A DNA stretch of 64,000 bases from Escherichia coli (GTDB lineage Bacteria; Pseudomonadota; Gammaproteobacteria; Enterobacterales; Enterobacteriaceae), in the NCBI RefSeq assembly GCF_003018235.1, contig NZ_CP027437.1, one strand, 5' to 3'. Below the pieces are notes generated by a model that worked only from the letters and a program-made list of their open reading frames with translations, ran no database searches and was not told where the DNA came from. The translations under genes and the position numbers were made by a program. This document shows, in pieces, positions 10,830 through 20,638 of the stretch. The first letter of the stretch is position 1. Every line of letters starts with the position of its first letter.

Positions 10830-10877
10830 AGCACTATATATAGACTTTAAAATGCGTCCCAACCCAATATGTTGTAT
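10830..10877. promoter_or_regulatory. two candidate NrdR boxes (CACTATATATAG and CAATATGTTG)
   Basis: Palindromic AT-rich boxes about 31 bp apart upstream of nrdD; resemble NrdR-box consensus as recalled. Confidence 0.35.
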
Positions 10878-11038
10878 TAATCGACTATAATTGCTACTAC
10901 AGCTCCCCACGAAAAAGGTGCGGCGTTGTGGATAAGCGGATGGCGATTGCGGAAAGCACCGGAAAACGAAACAAAAAAACCGGAAAACGTCTTTCCCAAT
11001 TTCTGTGGATAACCTGTTCTTAAAAATATGGAGCGATC

Positions 11039-13177
11039 ATGACACCGCATGTGATGAAACGAGACGGCTGCAAAGTGCCGTTTAAATCAGAGCGCATCAA
11101 AGAAGCGATTCTGCGTGCAGCTAAAGCAGCGGAAGTCGATGATGCCGATTATTGCGCCACTGTTGCTGCGGTTGTCAGCGAGCAGATGCAGGGCCGCAAC
11201 CAGGTGGATATCAATGAGATCCAGACCGCAGTTGAAAACCAGCTGATGTCGGGTCCATACAAACAACTGGCTCGTGCTTACATCGAGTACCGTCACGATC
11301 GCGACATTGAACGTGAAAAACGCGGTCGCCTGAACCAGGAGATCCGTGGTCTGGTCGAGCAGACCAACTCCTCGTTACTCAACGAAAACGCCAACAAAGA
11401 CAGCAAGGTGATTCCAACCCAGCGCGACCTGCTGGCCGGGATCGTGGCTAAACACTATGCACGCCAGCACCTGCTGCCGCGTGACGTGGTGCAGGCACAT
11501 GAACGTGGTGATATTCACTATCACGATCTCGATTACTCACCGTTCTTCCCGATGTTCAACTGCATGTTGATCGACCTGAAAGGCATGCTGACCCAGGGCT
11601 TTAAAATGGGGAACGCCGAGATTGAACCGCCGAAGTCGATCTCTACGGCAACCGCGGTAACTGCGCAGATTATTGCCCAGGTCGCCAGCCATATTTATGG
11701 CGGCACCACCATTAACCGTATCGATGAAGTGCTGGCACCGTTTGTCACCGCCAGCTACAACAAACATCGCAAGACCGCAGAAGAGTGGAACATCCCGGAC
11801 GCCGAAGGCTACGCTAACTCTCGTACCATCAAAGAGTGCTACGATGCCTTCCAGTCGCTGGAGTACGAAGTAAACACCCTGCATACCGCCAACGGTCAAA
11901 CGCCGTTTGTAACCTTTGGTTTTGGTCTGGGCACCAGCTGGGAGTCGCGCCTGATTCAGGAATCGATCCTGCGTAACCGTATCGCCGGCCTCGGTAAAAA
12001 CCGTAAAACGGCGGTGTTCCCGAAACTGGTGTTTGCGATTCGCGATGGCCTGAACCATAAAAAAGGCGATCCGAACTACGACATCAAACAGCTGGCGCTG
12101 GAGTGCGCAAGCAAGCGCATGTATCCGGATATCCTGAACTACGATCAGGTAGTGAAAGTCACCGGTTCGTTTAAAACCCCGATGGGCTGCCGCAGCTTCC
12201 TCGGCGTGTGGGAAAATGAAAACGGCGAGCAGATCCACGATGGTCGTAACAACCTCGGCGTGATCAGCCTGAACCTGCCGCGTATTGCGCTGGAAGCAAA
12301 AGGCGATGAAGCCACCTTCTGGAAGCTGCTGGATGAACGTCTGGTGCTGGCACGTAAGGCGCTGATGACCCGTATCGCCCGTCTGGAAGGCGTGAAGGCA
12401 CGCGTAGCTCCTATCCTCTATATGGAAGGTGCTTGTGGCGTGCGTCTGAATGCTGACGATGATGTTTCTGAAATCTTCAAAAACGGTCGTGCATCTATTT
12501 CGCTGGGTTACATCGGCATCCACGAAACCATTAACGCGCTGTTCGGCGGCGAGCATGTTTATGACAACGAGCAGCTTCGCGCGAAAGGTATCGCGATTGT
12601 TGAACGTCTGCGTCAGGCAGTGGATCAGTGGAAAGAAGAAACGGGTTATGGTTTCAGTCTCTACAGCACGCCGAGTGAAAACCTGTGCGACCGCTTCTGC
12701 CGTCTCGATACCGCTGAGTTTGGCGTGGTGCCGGGCGTGACCGATAAAGGTTACTACACCAACAGTTTCCACCTTGATGTGGAGAAAAAGGTGAACCCGT
12801 ATGACAAGATCGACTTTGAAGCGCCTTACCCGCCGCTGGCGAACGGTGGTTTCATTTGCTACGGCGAGTATCCAAACATTCAGCACAACCTGAAGGCGCT
12901 GGAAGATGTCTGGGATTACAGCTATCAGCATGTACCGTATTACGGCACCAATACGCCGATCGATGAGTGCTACGAGTGTGGCTTTACTGGCGAGTTCGAG
13001 TGCACCAGCAAAGGCTTCACTTGCCCGAAATGTGGTAACCATGACGCCTCCCGTGTGTCGGTAACTCGCCGCGTGTGCGGATATTTAGGTAGCCCGGATG
13101 CACGTCCATTTAACGCCGGTAAGCAGGAAGAAGTTAAGCGCCGCGTTAAACATTTGGGGAATGGGCAGATAGGTTAA
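11039..13177 (+). CDS. nrdD: anaerobic ribonucleoside-triphosphate reductase
   Basis: 712-aa ORF; C-terminal glycyl-radical region and zinc-ribbon cysteines (CYECG...CPKCG) visible. Confidence 0.95.
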   Translation: MTPHVMKRDGCKVPFKSERIKEAILRAAKAAEVDDADYCATVAAVVSEQMQGRNQVDINEIQTAVENQLMSGPYKQLARAYIEYRHDRDIEREKRGRLNQEIRGLVEQTNSSLLNENANKDSKVIPTQRDLLAGIVAKHYARQHLLPRDVVQAHERGDIHYHDLDYSPFFPMFNCMLIDLKGMLTQGFKMGNAEIEPPKSISTATAVTAQIIAQVASHIYGGTTINRIDEVLAPFVTASYNKHRKTAEEWNIPDAEGYANSRTIKECYDAFQSLEYEVNTLHTANGQTPFVTFGFGLGTSWESRLIQESILRNRIAGLGKNRKTAVFPKLVFAIRDGLNHKKGDPNYDIKQLALECASKRMYPDILNYDQVVKVTGSFKTPMGCRSFLGVWENENGEQIHDGRNNLGVISLNLPRIALEAKGDEATFWKLLDERLVLARKALMTRIARLEGVKARVAPILYMEGACGVRLNADDDVSEIFKNGRASISLGYIGIHETINALFGGEHVYDNEQLRAKGIAIVERLRQAVDQWKEETGYGFSLYSTPSENLCDRFCRLDTAEFGVVPGVTDKGYYTNSFHLDVEKKVNPYDKIDFEAPYPPLANGGFICYGEYPNIQHNLKALEDVWDYSYQHVPYYGTNTPIDECYECGFTGEFECTSKGFTCPKCGNHDASRVSVTRRVCGYLGSPDARPFNAGKQEEVKRRVKHLGNGQIG

Positions 13178-13196
13178 TCCTTCCCCCTCACCCTAA

Positions 13197-13218
13197 CCCT
13201 CTCCCTCAAGGGAGAGGG
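13197..13218 (+). terminator. hairpin CCCTCTCCC-TCAA-GGGAGAGGG between nrdD and nrdG (no T-run)
   Basis: 9-bp perfect stem read from sequence; lacks a U-tract so probably a stability or attenuation element rather than a full terminator. Confidence 0.3.
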
Positions 13219-13361
13219 TACCGTTCCGTGCCCCTTCCTGATTCCCGACATAATGAATTGCCTCTGGCCAGTTGGTGTCGTCGCAAGGTGGCAAATGCGT
13301 AGCATCGGGGGACTTCGCCCGTACGCACCAGAGCAGTCATGGCGTCAATTGAGAATCGAAA

Positions 13362-13826
13362 ATGAACTTTCATCAGTACTATCCTGTCGACATCGTCAAC
13401 GGCCCCGGCACTCGCTGCACCCTGTTTGTCTCCGGGTGTGTTCATGAATGCCCCGGTTGCTATAACAAAAGCACCTGGCGGGTAAATTCCGGTCAGCCAT
13501 TTACCAAAGCAATGGAAGACCAGATCATTAACGATCTAAATGACACTCGCATCAAACGCCAGGGGATTTCCCTCTCCGGCGGCGATCCGCTGCATCCGCA
13601 AAACGTGCCGGATATTCTGAAACTGGTACAACGAATCCGCGCCGAATGTCCGGGTAAAGACATTTGGGTGTGGACAGGCTATAAACTCGACGAACTCAAC
13701 GCTGCGCAAATGCAGGTTGTTGATTTGATTAACGTACTGGTCGACGGCAAATTTGTGCAGGATTTAAAAGACCCTTCCCTGATCTGGCGCGGCAGCAGCA
13801 ATCAGGTGGTGCATCATTTGCGTTAG
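13362..13826 (+). CDS. nrdG: anaerobic ribonucleotide reductase activating protein (radical SAM)
   Basis: 154-aa ORF; cysteine cluster CTLFVSGCVHECPGC. Confidence 0.9.
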   Translation: MNFHQYYPVDIVNGPGTRCTLFVSGCVHECPGCYNKSTWRVNSGQPFTKAMEDQIINDLNDTRIKRQGISLSGGDPLHPQNVPDILKLVQRIRAECPGKDIWVWTGYKLDELNAAQMQVVDLINVLVDGKFVQDLKDPSLIWRGSSNQVVHHLR

Positions 13827-14117
13827 TCACTCATCCAGCCGTTTAGTCGCGTCTTCATAAACGGCTGAGTTCTCTCTCTTACCAATAGCTATCACCAACA
13901 CGAGCAACTCTTTATCGTTAACCTGATAAACCAGGCGATATCCCTGTGTGCGCAGCTTAATTTTGTAGCAGTCCGGTAAATCCCGCAGTTTAGCCGATGG
14001 ATTGCGCGGCCTTTTCAGCACATCCTCAAGCTTTTTTTTAAATTGTTCCCGGACTGTCACGCCCAGTTTTTGCCACTCTTTCAGCGCCCGCGGATCAAAC
14101 GCCAGCTCATAGTTCAT
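13827..14117 (-). CDS. RelE/ParE-family mRNA interferase toxin
   Basis: 96-aa product from ATG 14117 (MNYELAFDPRALKEWQKLG...CYKIKLRTQGYRLVYQV...IGKRE); about 60% identical by eye to K-12 RelE as recalled; overlaps the antitoxin stop by 11 nt. Confidence 0.8.
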   Translation of the reverse strand: MNYELAFDPRALKEWQKLGVTVREQFKKKLEDVLKRPRNPSAKLRDLPDCYKIKLRTQGYRLVYQVNDKELLVLVIAIGKRENSAVYEDATKRLDE

Positions 14118-14349
14118 CCAGTCGGACCTTAATGGCCTCTTGTGGGTTGGCCAGTCGTTCCCTGACAGTGCGTAACAAGGCTTCTTCACTATCACTGACA
14201 GTGAGCGTTTTTACCGGCATTCGTCCATTTTCCGCAACGTACTGAAACAGCAGTCGCACTGCTTCAGTAGGCGTGATATTTAATTTTTCCAGCACCGCAT
14301 AAGCCTCATTTTTCAGTTTGTCATCCAGGCGGACGTTAAGTGTGGCCAT
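14107..14349 (-). CDS. RelB/DinJ-family antitoxin
   Basis: 80-aa ORF MATLNVRLDDKLKNEAYAVLEKLNITPTEAVRLL...; strong resemblance to K-12 RelB as recalled; RBS GGAGG upstream. Confidence 0.8.
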   Translation of the reverse strand: MATLNVRLDDKLKNEAYAVLEKLNITPTEAVRLLFQYVAENGRMPVKTLTVSDSEEALLRTVRERLANPQEAIKVRLDEL

Positions 14350-14373
14350 TATGCCTCCGGTAATTATGAAAAG

Positions 14374-14406
14374 TGTAATGCATTATAGCATTACATATGC
14401 ATTACA
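14374..14406. promoter_or_regulatory. candidate RelB/RelE operator: three copies of TGTAATGC/GCATTACA
   Basis: TGTAATGC at 14374-14381, GCATTACA at 14388-14395 and 14399-14406 (direct repeats one helical turn apart), 25-57 bp upstream of the antitoxin ATG. Confidence 0.45.
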
Positions 14407-14507
14407 TTCATTTCTGGAAAACGCCTCGCAAAAATGAGGACGACACGCAGGAATATGCCGTGGTGAAGATAGATATTGCGGTGATTTTACGAAGGGAGAA
14501 GAAAGCG

Positions 14508-14533
14508 TTGGGCGGTAACGTTTCACCGCCCAA
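14508..14533 (-). terminator. hairpin TTGGGCGGT/ACCGCCCAA downstream of cybC
   Basis: 9-bp stem with 8-nt loop immediately after the cybC stop; U-rich tract on the minus-strand transcript is imperfect. Confidence 0.35.
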
Positions 14534-14540
14534 TAAGGAA

Positions 14541-14930
<390 letters not shown>

Positions 14931-14982
14931 TCACTTCCTTTTTTATTATGAAGATTTGGCGCGGCAGGTCGCGCCAGTTTTT

Positions 14983-16335
14983 TTACTGCCCGGCGATTTT
15001 CATCTCCGGCAACAGCACAGAACCACACTGTATATTACTGCGTGTTTCAATATCGTTACCGACGGTGACAATATTGCGCCACATATCTTTCAAATTACCT
15101 GCGATGGTGATTTCACTAACAGGATACTGAATTTCGCCATTCTCTACCCAGAAGCCCGCTGCACCACGGGAATAATCACCGGTAATGGCACTCACGCCCT
15201 GGCCCATCAGCTCCGTCACCACCAGCCCGGTGCCCATCTCTTTAAGCATTTGTTCGAAGCTTAGCCCTTGTCCGGCAATCCGCCAGTTGTGAATACCGCC
15301 CGCATGTCCGGTGCTTTTCAGCCCCAGTTTCCGCGCCGAGTAGCTGGTCAGCAGCCACTGAGTCAGGATGCCATCTTTGACGATATCGCGGCGCTCGGTG
15401 CGCACACCTTCGCTGTCGAATGGCGTCGACGCCAGCCCTTTCAGCAGATGCGGATGCTCTTCAATGGTCAGCCAGTCCGGCAGAATTTGTTTACCCAGCG
15501 AATCCAGCAGGAAGGTAGATTTACGGTAAACCGATCCACCCGCTATCGCCCCCACCAGATGGCCAAAAAGCCCGGTTGCCACTTCATTGGCAAAAATGAC
15601 CGGCGCTTTCATGGTGGAGAGTTTACGCGGTGACAGGCGCGATAAAGTACGGCGAGCACAGTCGGCCCCAACCCACTCTGGCGTTTGCAGATCGCTCATC
15701 GCACGACCAATGGTGTAGGCGTAATCACGCTCCATATCGCCATTTTCTTCAGCAATTACACAGCTGGAGAGCGAATGACGCGTAGAGCAGTAACCCTGCA
15801 ACATGCCGTGGCTGTTGCCAAAAACTTTGACACCGTAGTGGCTGTTAAAGCTGCCACCTTCGGTATTGGTGATGCGTTTGTCCGCCTGCAATGCTGCCTG
15901 TTCTGCGCGGGCCGCCAGTTCAATGGCTTCATCCGGGGAAACTTCCGCAGGGTGGAACAAGTCGAGATCCGGTGCGTCAAAGGCCAGCAGCTCTTTGTCT
16001 GCCACGCCGGCACAGGGATCTGGCGAGGTATAACGGGCAATATCCAGCGCCGCCTGTACGGTGCGGGCAATGGCCTGCGGGCTTAAATCGGTAGACGATG
16101 CGCTACCTTTACGGTTCTGGTGATAAACGGTGATCCCCAGCGCGCCATCGCTATTGAATTCAACATTCTCCACTTCACCATAACGCGTGCTTACGCTAAT
16201 GCCGGTGGTCTTGCTGACGGCAACTTCTGCACCGTCCGATTTGACTGAGGCCAACTCCAGCGCAGTGGAAACTGCTTCTTCCAGAATCTTGCGCTGCGCT
16301 TCAACTTGAGAGATTACTTTCATTGCAAGTGCCAT
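14983..16335 (-). CDS. pmbA: metalloprotease PmbA (TldE)
   Basis: 450-aa ORF recognised by similarity to PmbA/TldD family. Confidence 0.9.
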   Translation of the reverse strand: MALAMKVISQVEAQRKILEEAVSTALELASVKSDGAEVAVSKTTGISVSTRYGEVENVEFNSDGALGITVYHQNRKGSASSTDLSPQAIARTVQAALDIARYTSPDPCAGVADKELLAFDAPDLDLFHPAEVSPDEAIELAARAEQAALQADKRITNTEGGSFNSHYGVKVFGNSHGMLQGYCSTRHSLSSCVIAEENGDMERDYAYTIGRAMSDLQTPEWVGADCARRTLSRLSPRKLSTMKAPVIFANEVATGLFGHLVGAIAGGSVYRKSTFLLDSLGKQILPDWLTIEEHPHLLKGLASTPFDSEGVRTERRDIVKDGILTQWLLTSYSARKLGLKSTGHAGGIHNWRIAGQGLSFEQMLKEMGTGLVVTELMGQGVSAITGDYSRGAAGFWVENGEIQYPVSEITIAGNLKDMWRNIVTVGNDIETRSNIQCGSVLLPEMKIAGQ

Positions 16336-16428
16336 AATGTAGAGAGTTTCTCTGAAGTCTAACAGAGAACCGTTTTTCAGTGCGCATCTTAACTGGTAAC
16401 ATTAGCCTCTTTTTTTAAGGAGCCTGAG

Positions 16429-16980
16429 ATGACTAAGCAGCCCGAAGACTGGCTCGACGACGTTCCCGGTGATGACATCGAAGACGAAGACGATGAAATT
16501 ATCTGGGTCAGTAAAAGTGAAATTAAACGTGATGCCGAGGAGCTAAAACGCCTTGGCGCGGAAATTGTTGATCTGGGGAAAAACGCGCTGGATAAGATCC
16601 CGTTAGATGCGGATCTGCGCGCGGCTATTGAGCTCGCCCAGCGTATTAAGATGGAAGGTCGCCGCCGCCAGTTGCAGCTCATCGGTAAGATGCTGCGCCA
16701 GCGCGACGTAGAGCCTATTCGTCAGGCGCTGGATAAGCTGAAAAACCGTCACAACCAGCAGGTGGTGCTGTTCCATAAACTGGAAAACCTGCGCGATCGT
16801 CTGATCGACCAGGGTGATGACGCCATCGCTGAAGTATTGAATCTGTGGCCCGATGCCGATCGTCAGCAACTGCGTACTCTGATCCGTAACGCGAAGAAAG
16901 AGAAAGAAGGGAATAAGCCGCCGAAATCCGCACGCCAGATTTTCCAGTATCTGCGCGAGTTAGCGGAGAATGAAGGGTAA
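16429..16980 (+). CDS. yjgA: ribosome-associated protein YjgA (DUF615)
   Basis: 183-aa highly charged ORF, divergent from pmbA. Confidence 0.85.
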
Positions 16981-17007
16981 TTTTCGTTGTTGATGTGAGT
17001 ATGGTTT

Positions 17008-17037
17008 GCCGGATGCGGCGTAAACGCCTTATCCGGC
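17008..17037. repeat. REP palindrome (GCCGGATGCGGCGTAAACGCCTTATCCGGC)
   Basis: Canonical REP inverted repeat between yjgA and mpl. Confidence 0.5.
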
Positions 17038-17062
17038 AATGCTATATCATGCTGAAGCCGAA

Positions 17063-18436
17063 TTACTGCGCAGCTTCCGCCTTCTTCGCCAGTCCATCCA
17101 GCAGTTTCTGATGGATCCCACCAAAACCGCCGTTGCTCATCACCAGAATATGGTCGCCAGGCTGAGCGGTTTTCACCACCATATCTGCCAGCGTATCCAC
17201 ATCGCCACTCCAGTGTGCAGGCTGAACGCAGGCTTCTGCCACTTCTGCCACCTGCCATGGAATATGCGCCGGTTGCAGCAGGAAGACTTCATCGGCACGA
17301 CCTAATGAAGGTGCCAGATCGTCTTTGCAGATCCCCATTTTCATGGTATTCGAGCGCGGTTCCAGCACAGCAATAATGCGCGCCGTACCACCAACTTTGC
17401 CACGCAGCGCCGCCAGCGTTGCCAGAATCGCCGTCGGGTGATGGGCAAAATCGTCATATACCGTGACGCCATTCGCTTCACCACGCAACTCCAGACGGCG
17501 ACGAGCATTAATAAACGAACCCAGCGCGTTAGCGGCATCTGCCGGCGCTACACCAACATGGCGAGCCGCCGCAATCGCCATCAGGCCATTGTGCATATTA
17601 TGTTCGCCTACCAGCGACCATTTCACTTCGCCCACTTTTTCGCCATCCAGCAAGACTTCCCATTCGGAAGCATCGGTGGTCAGCTTTTTCGCCTGCCAGT
17701 GACCCTGCTCGCCCACCAGCTCCTGCTCGCTCCAGCAGCCCATCGCCATGGTCTGTTTCAGGTTGATGTCGTTTTCCGGCCAGATAATACGGCCCTGCCC
17801 CGGAACGATACGCACCAGATGGTGGAACTGTTTCTGGATCGCTTTCAGGTCGTCAAAGATATCGGCGTGATCGAACTCAAGGTTGTTGAGGATCAGCGTA
17901 CGCGGGCAGTAATGGACAAATTTAGAGCGTTTGTCGAAGAAGGCGCAGTCATACTCATCCGCTTCGATAACAAAGAAGTCGCTTTCGCCCAGACGCGCCG
18001 AGACCTCAAAGTTCCCCGGCACACCGCCGATCACAAATCCGGGTTTGTAACCGCACTGTTCCAGAATCCAGGTCGCCATTCCCGCTGTAGTCGTTTTACC
18101 GTGTGTACCGGCGACGGCCAGCACCCAACGGTCACGCAGTACAAAATCGTGCAGCCACTGCGGACCTGACATATAAGGGATGTTTTTTTCCAGTACCGCT
18201 TCCACACACGGATTTCCACGGGTCATGGCGTTGCCAATAATCACCAGATCCGGCTGCGGGTCGAGCTGGCTGGCATCGTAACCCTGAATCAGTTCAATGC
18301 CTTGCTTCTCAAGTAAGGTGCTCATCGGCGGATACACATTGGCGTCCGAACCCGTTACTTCATGGCCTAACTGGCGCGCCAGCATCGCCAGACCGCCCAT
18401 AAACGTGCCACAAATTCCTAAAATATGAATGCGCAT
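17063..18436 (-). CDS. mpl: UDP-N-acetylmuramate:L-alanyl-gamma-D-glutamyl-meso-DAP ligase
   Basis: 457-aa Mur ligase family ORF; P-loop GTHGKTT. Confidence 0.9.
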   Translation of the reverse strand: MRIHILGICGTFMGGLAMLARQLGHEVTGSDANVYPPMSTLLEKQGIELIQGYDASQLDPQPDLVIIGNAMTRGNPCVEAVLEKNIPYMSGPQWLHDFVLRDRWVLAVAGTHGKTTTAGMATWILEQCGYKPGFVIGGVPGNFEVSARLGESDFFVIEADEYDCAFFDKRSKFVHYCPRTLILNNLEFDHADIFDDLKAIQKQFHHLVRIVPGQGRIIWPENDINLKQTMAMGCWSEQELVGEQGHWQAKKLTTDASEWEVLLDGEKVGEVKWSLVGEHNMHNGLMAIAAARHVGVAPADAANALGSFINARRRLELRGEANGVTVYDDFAHHPTAILATLAALRGKVGGTARIIAVLEPRSNTMKMGICKDDLAPSLGRADEVFLLQPAHIPWQVAEVAEACVQPAHWSGDVDTLADMVVKTAQPGDHILVMSNGGFGGIHQKLLDGLAKKAEAAQ

Positions 18437-18611
18437 ACGTCACTATCCTTTTTTAATCTGCCGCTCATTTTACGCATATGTCGGGCAAGTGAGAAACGCA
18501 TTTCAGGATAATCCTTAATTTGCTGGCGCGATTCACCTGAGCGCAACATTGAGATTATTTGTTAAGATTGTTGCGGTCGCTTTACTCCATAAACATTGCA
18601 GGGAAAGTTTT

Positions 18612-19610
18612 ATGAAAACGTTAGGTGAATTTATTGTCGAAAAGCAGCACGAGTTTTCTCATGCTACCGGTGAGCTCACTGCTTTGCTGTCGGCAATAAA
18701 ACTGGGCGCCAAGATTATCCATCGCGATATCAACAAAGCAGGACTGGTTGATATCCTGGGTGCCAGCGGTGCTGAGAACGTGCAGGGCGAGGTTCAGCAG
18801 AAACTCGACTTGTTCGCTAATGAAAAACTGAAAGCCGCACTGAAAGCACGCGATATCGTTGCGGGCATTGCCTCTGAAGAAGAAGATGAGATTGTCGTCT
18901 TTGAAGGCTGTGAACACGCAAAATACGTGGTGCTGATGGACCCCCTGGATGGCTCGTCCAACATCGATGTTAACGTCTCTGTCGGTACCATTTTCTCCAT
19001 CTACCGCCGCGTTACGCCTGTCGGCACGCCGGTAACGGAAGAAGATTTCCTCCAGCCTGGTAACAAACAGGTTGCGGCAGGTTACGTGGTATACGGCTCC
19101 TCTACCATGCTGGTTTACACCACCGGATGCGGTGTTCACGCCTTTACTTACGATCCTTCGCTCGGCGTTTTCTGCCTGTGCCAGGAACGGATGCGCTTCC
19201 CGGAGAAAGGCAAAACCTACTCCATCAACGAAGGAAACTACATTAAGTTTCCGAACGGGGTGAAGAAGTACATTAAATTCTGCCAGGAAGAAGATAAGTC
19301 CACCAACCGCCCTTATACCTCACGTTATATCGGTTCACTGGTCGCGGATTTCCACCGTAACCTGCTGAAAGGCGGTATTTATCTCTACCCAAGCACCGCC
19401 AGCCACCCGGACGGTAAACTGCGTTTACTGTATGAGTGCAACCCGATGGCATTCCTGGCGGAACAAGCGGGCGGTAAAGCGAGCGATGGCAAAGAGCGTA
19501 TTCTGGATATCATCCCGGAAACCCTGCACCAGCGCCGTTCGTTCTTTGTCGGCAACGACCATATGGTTGAAGATGTCGAACGCTTTATCCGTGAGTTCCC
19601 GGACGCGTAA
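18612..19610 (+). CDS. fbp: fructose-1,6-bisphosphatase class I
   Basis: 332-aa product from [11 protein letters not shown]; ORF-track start 18549 is an upstream extension. Confidence 0.9.
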
Positions 19611-19642
19611 TCTCCTGCGCCTCTCCACACGGAGAGGCGTTT

Positions 19643-20638
19643 TTATCGCTGCGCAATATTGACTCTTGTCACTGGCGAACTCTGGCGATTCTCCCACAGC
19701 ACCGTTAATCCACGCTGTAATGCTATAAAAATAAACAACAAAATACCGATGGCGATTTTCGTCCACCATGAGCTCAGCGTGCCATCAAAGTTTATGTAAG
19801 TCTGAATCAGTCCCTGAATCGCCACGCCAAAAAGCGTTCCCAGCACCGTTCCTACCCCACCACTTAACAACGTACCACCAATCACCACCGACGCGATGGC
19901 GTCCAGTTCCACACCTACGCCCGCCAGCGCATATCCTGCCTGGGTATAAATCGAGAAGACAATTCCTGCCAGTGTCGCCAGTCCGGTAGAGAGCATATAA
20001 ATGCGAATTGTAGTGCTGCGAGTGGAAATCCCCATCAGGTTTGCCGACGTCGCGTTGCCGCCAATGGCGTATACCTGATTACCAAAACGGGTACGATGCG
20101 CGAGGAAAATGCCGATAACCACCACCGCCAGCATCAGCAGTCCCATCGCACTTAAGCGACCGCCGCCAGGGATTTTCCATGCAAGGCTTGAGAGCGTGTC
20201 ATAAACAGGATGATTTATCGGGATCGACTCTTCCGAAACGAGATAGCTGACGCCACGCAAAAAGAACATTCCCGCCAGAGTAATAATAAACGCCGGGATC
20301 TTCAGGGCGTCGATCAAAAGCCCCATAAATGCGCCGAAGGCACAGCCCATCACCAGCACTAGCGGAAACGCCAGCAACGGCGAGAGGCCGAAATCGCCAA
20401 TCACTTTTGCCAGAAACACGCCGGTAAAGGCGATCACCGAACCGACGGAGAGATCGATCCCACCGGAGAGGATCACAAAGGTCATGCCAACAGCGATGAT
20501 CCCAAGGAAAGCATTATCGGTCAGGATATTGCAGATCACTCTTGTAGAAGCGAAACCGGGAAACTGCGTCAGGCAGTAGAGATAGCCCAGCACAAAGACG
20601 CCGATGGTGATCATAAGCGGTAGGTTACGTTTTATCAC
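19643..20638 (-). CDS. yjfF: sugar ABC transporter permease
   Basis: 331-aa polytopic membrane ORF, last gene of the ytfQRT-yjfF cluster. Confidence 0.85.
   Translation of the reverse strand: MIKRNLPLMITIGVFVLGYLYCLTQFPGFASTRVICNILTDNAFLGIIAVGMTFVILSGGIDLSVGSVIAFTGVFLAKVIGDFGLSPLLAFPLVLVMGCAFGAFMGLLIDALKIPAFIITLAGMFFLRGVSYLVSEESIPINHPVYDTLSSLAWKIPGGGRLSAMGLLMLAVVVIGIFLAHRTRFGNQVYAIGGNATSANLMGISTRSTTIRIYMLSTGLATLAGIVFSIYTQAGYALAGVGVELDAIASVVIGGTLLSGGVGTVLGTLFGVAIQGLIQTYINFDGTLSSWWTKIAIGILLFIFIALQRGLTVLWENRQSSPVTRVNIAQR

Noticed and set aside
11537-13042. 501-aa minus-strand ORF inside nrdD
   Set aside because: Antisense to a highly conserved gene; the long open frame is an artefact of codon bias on the coding strand.
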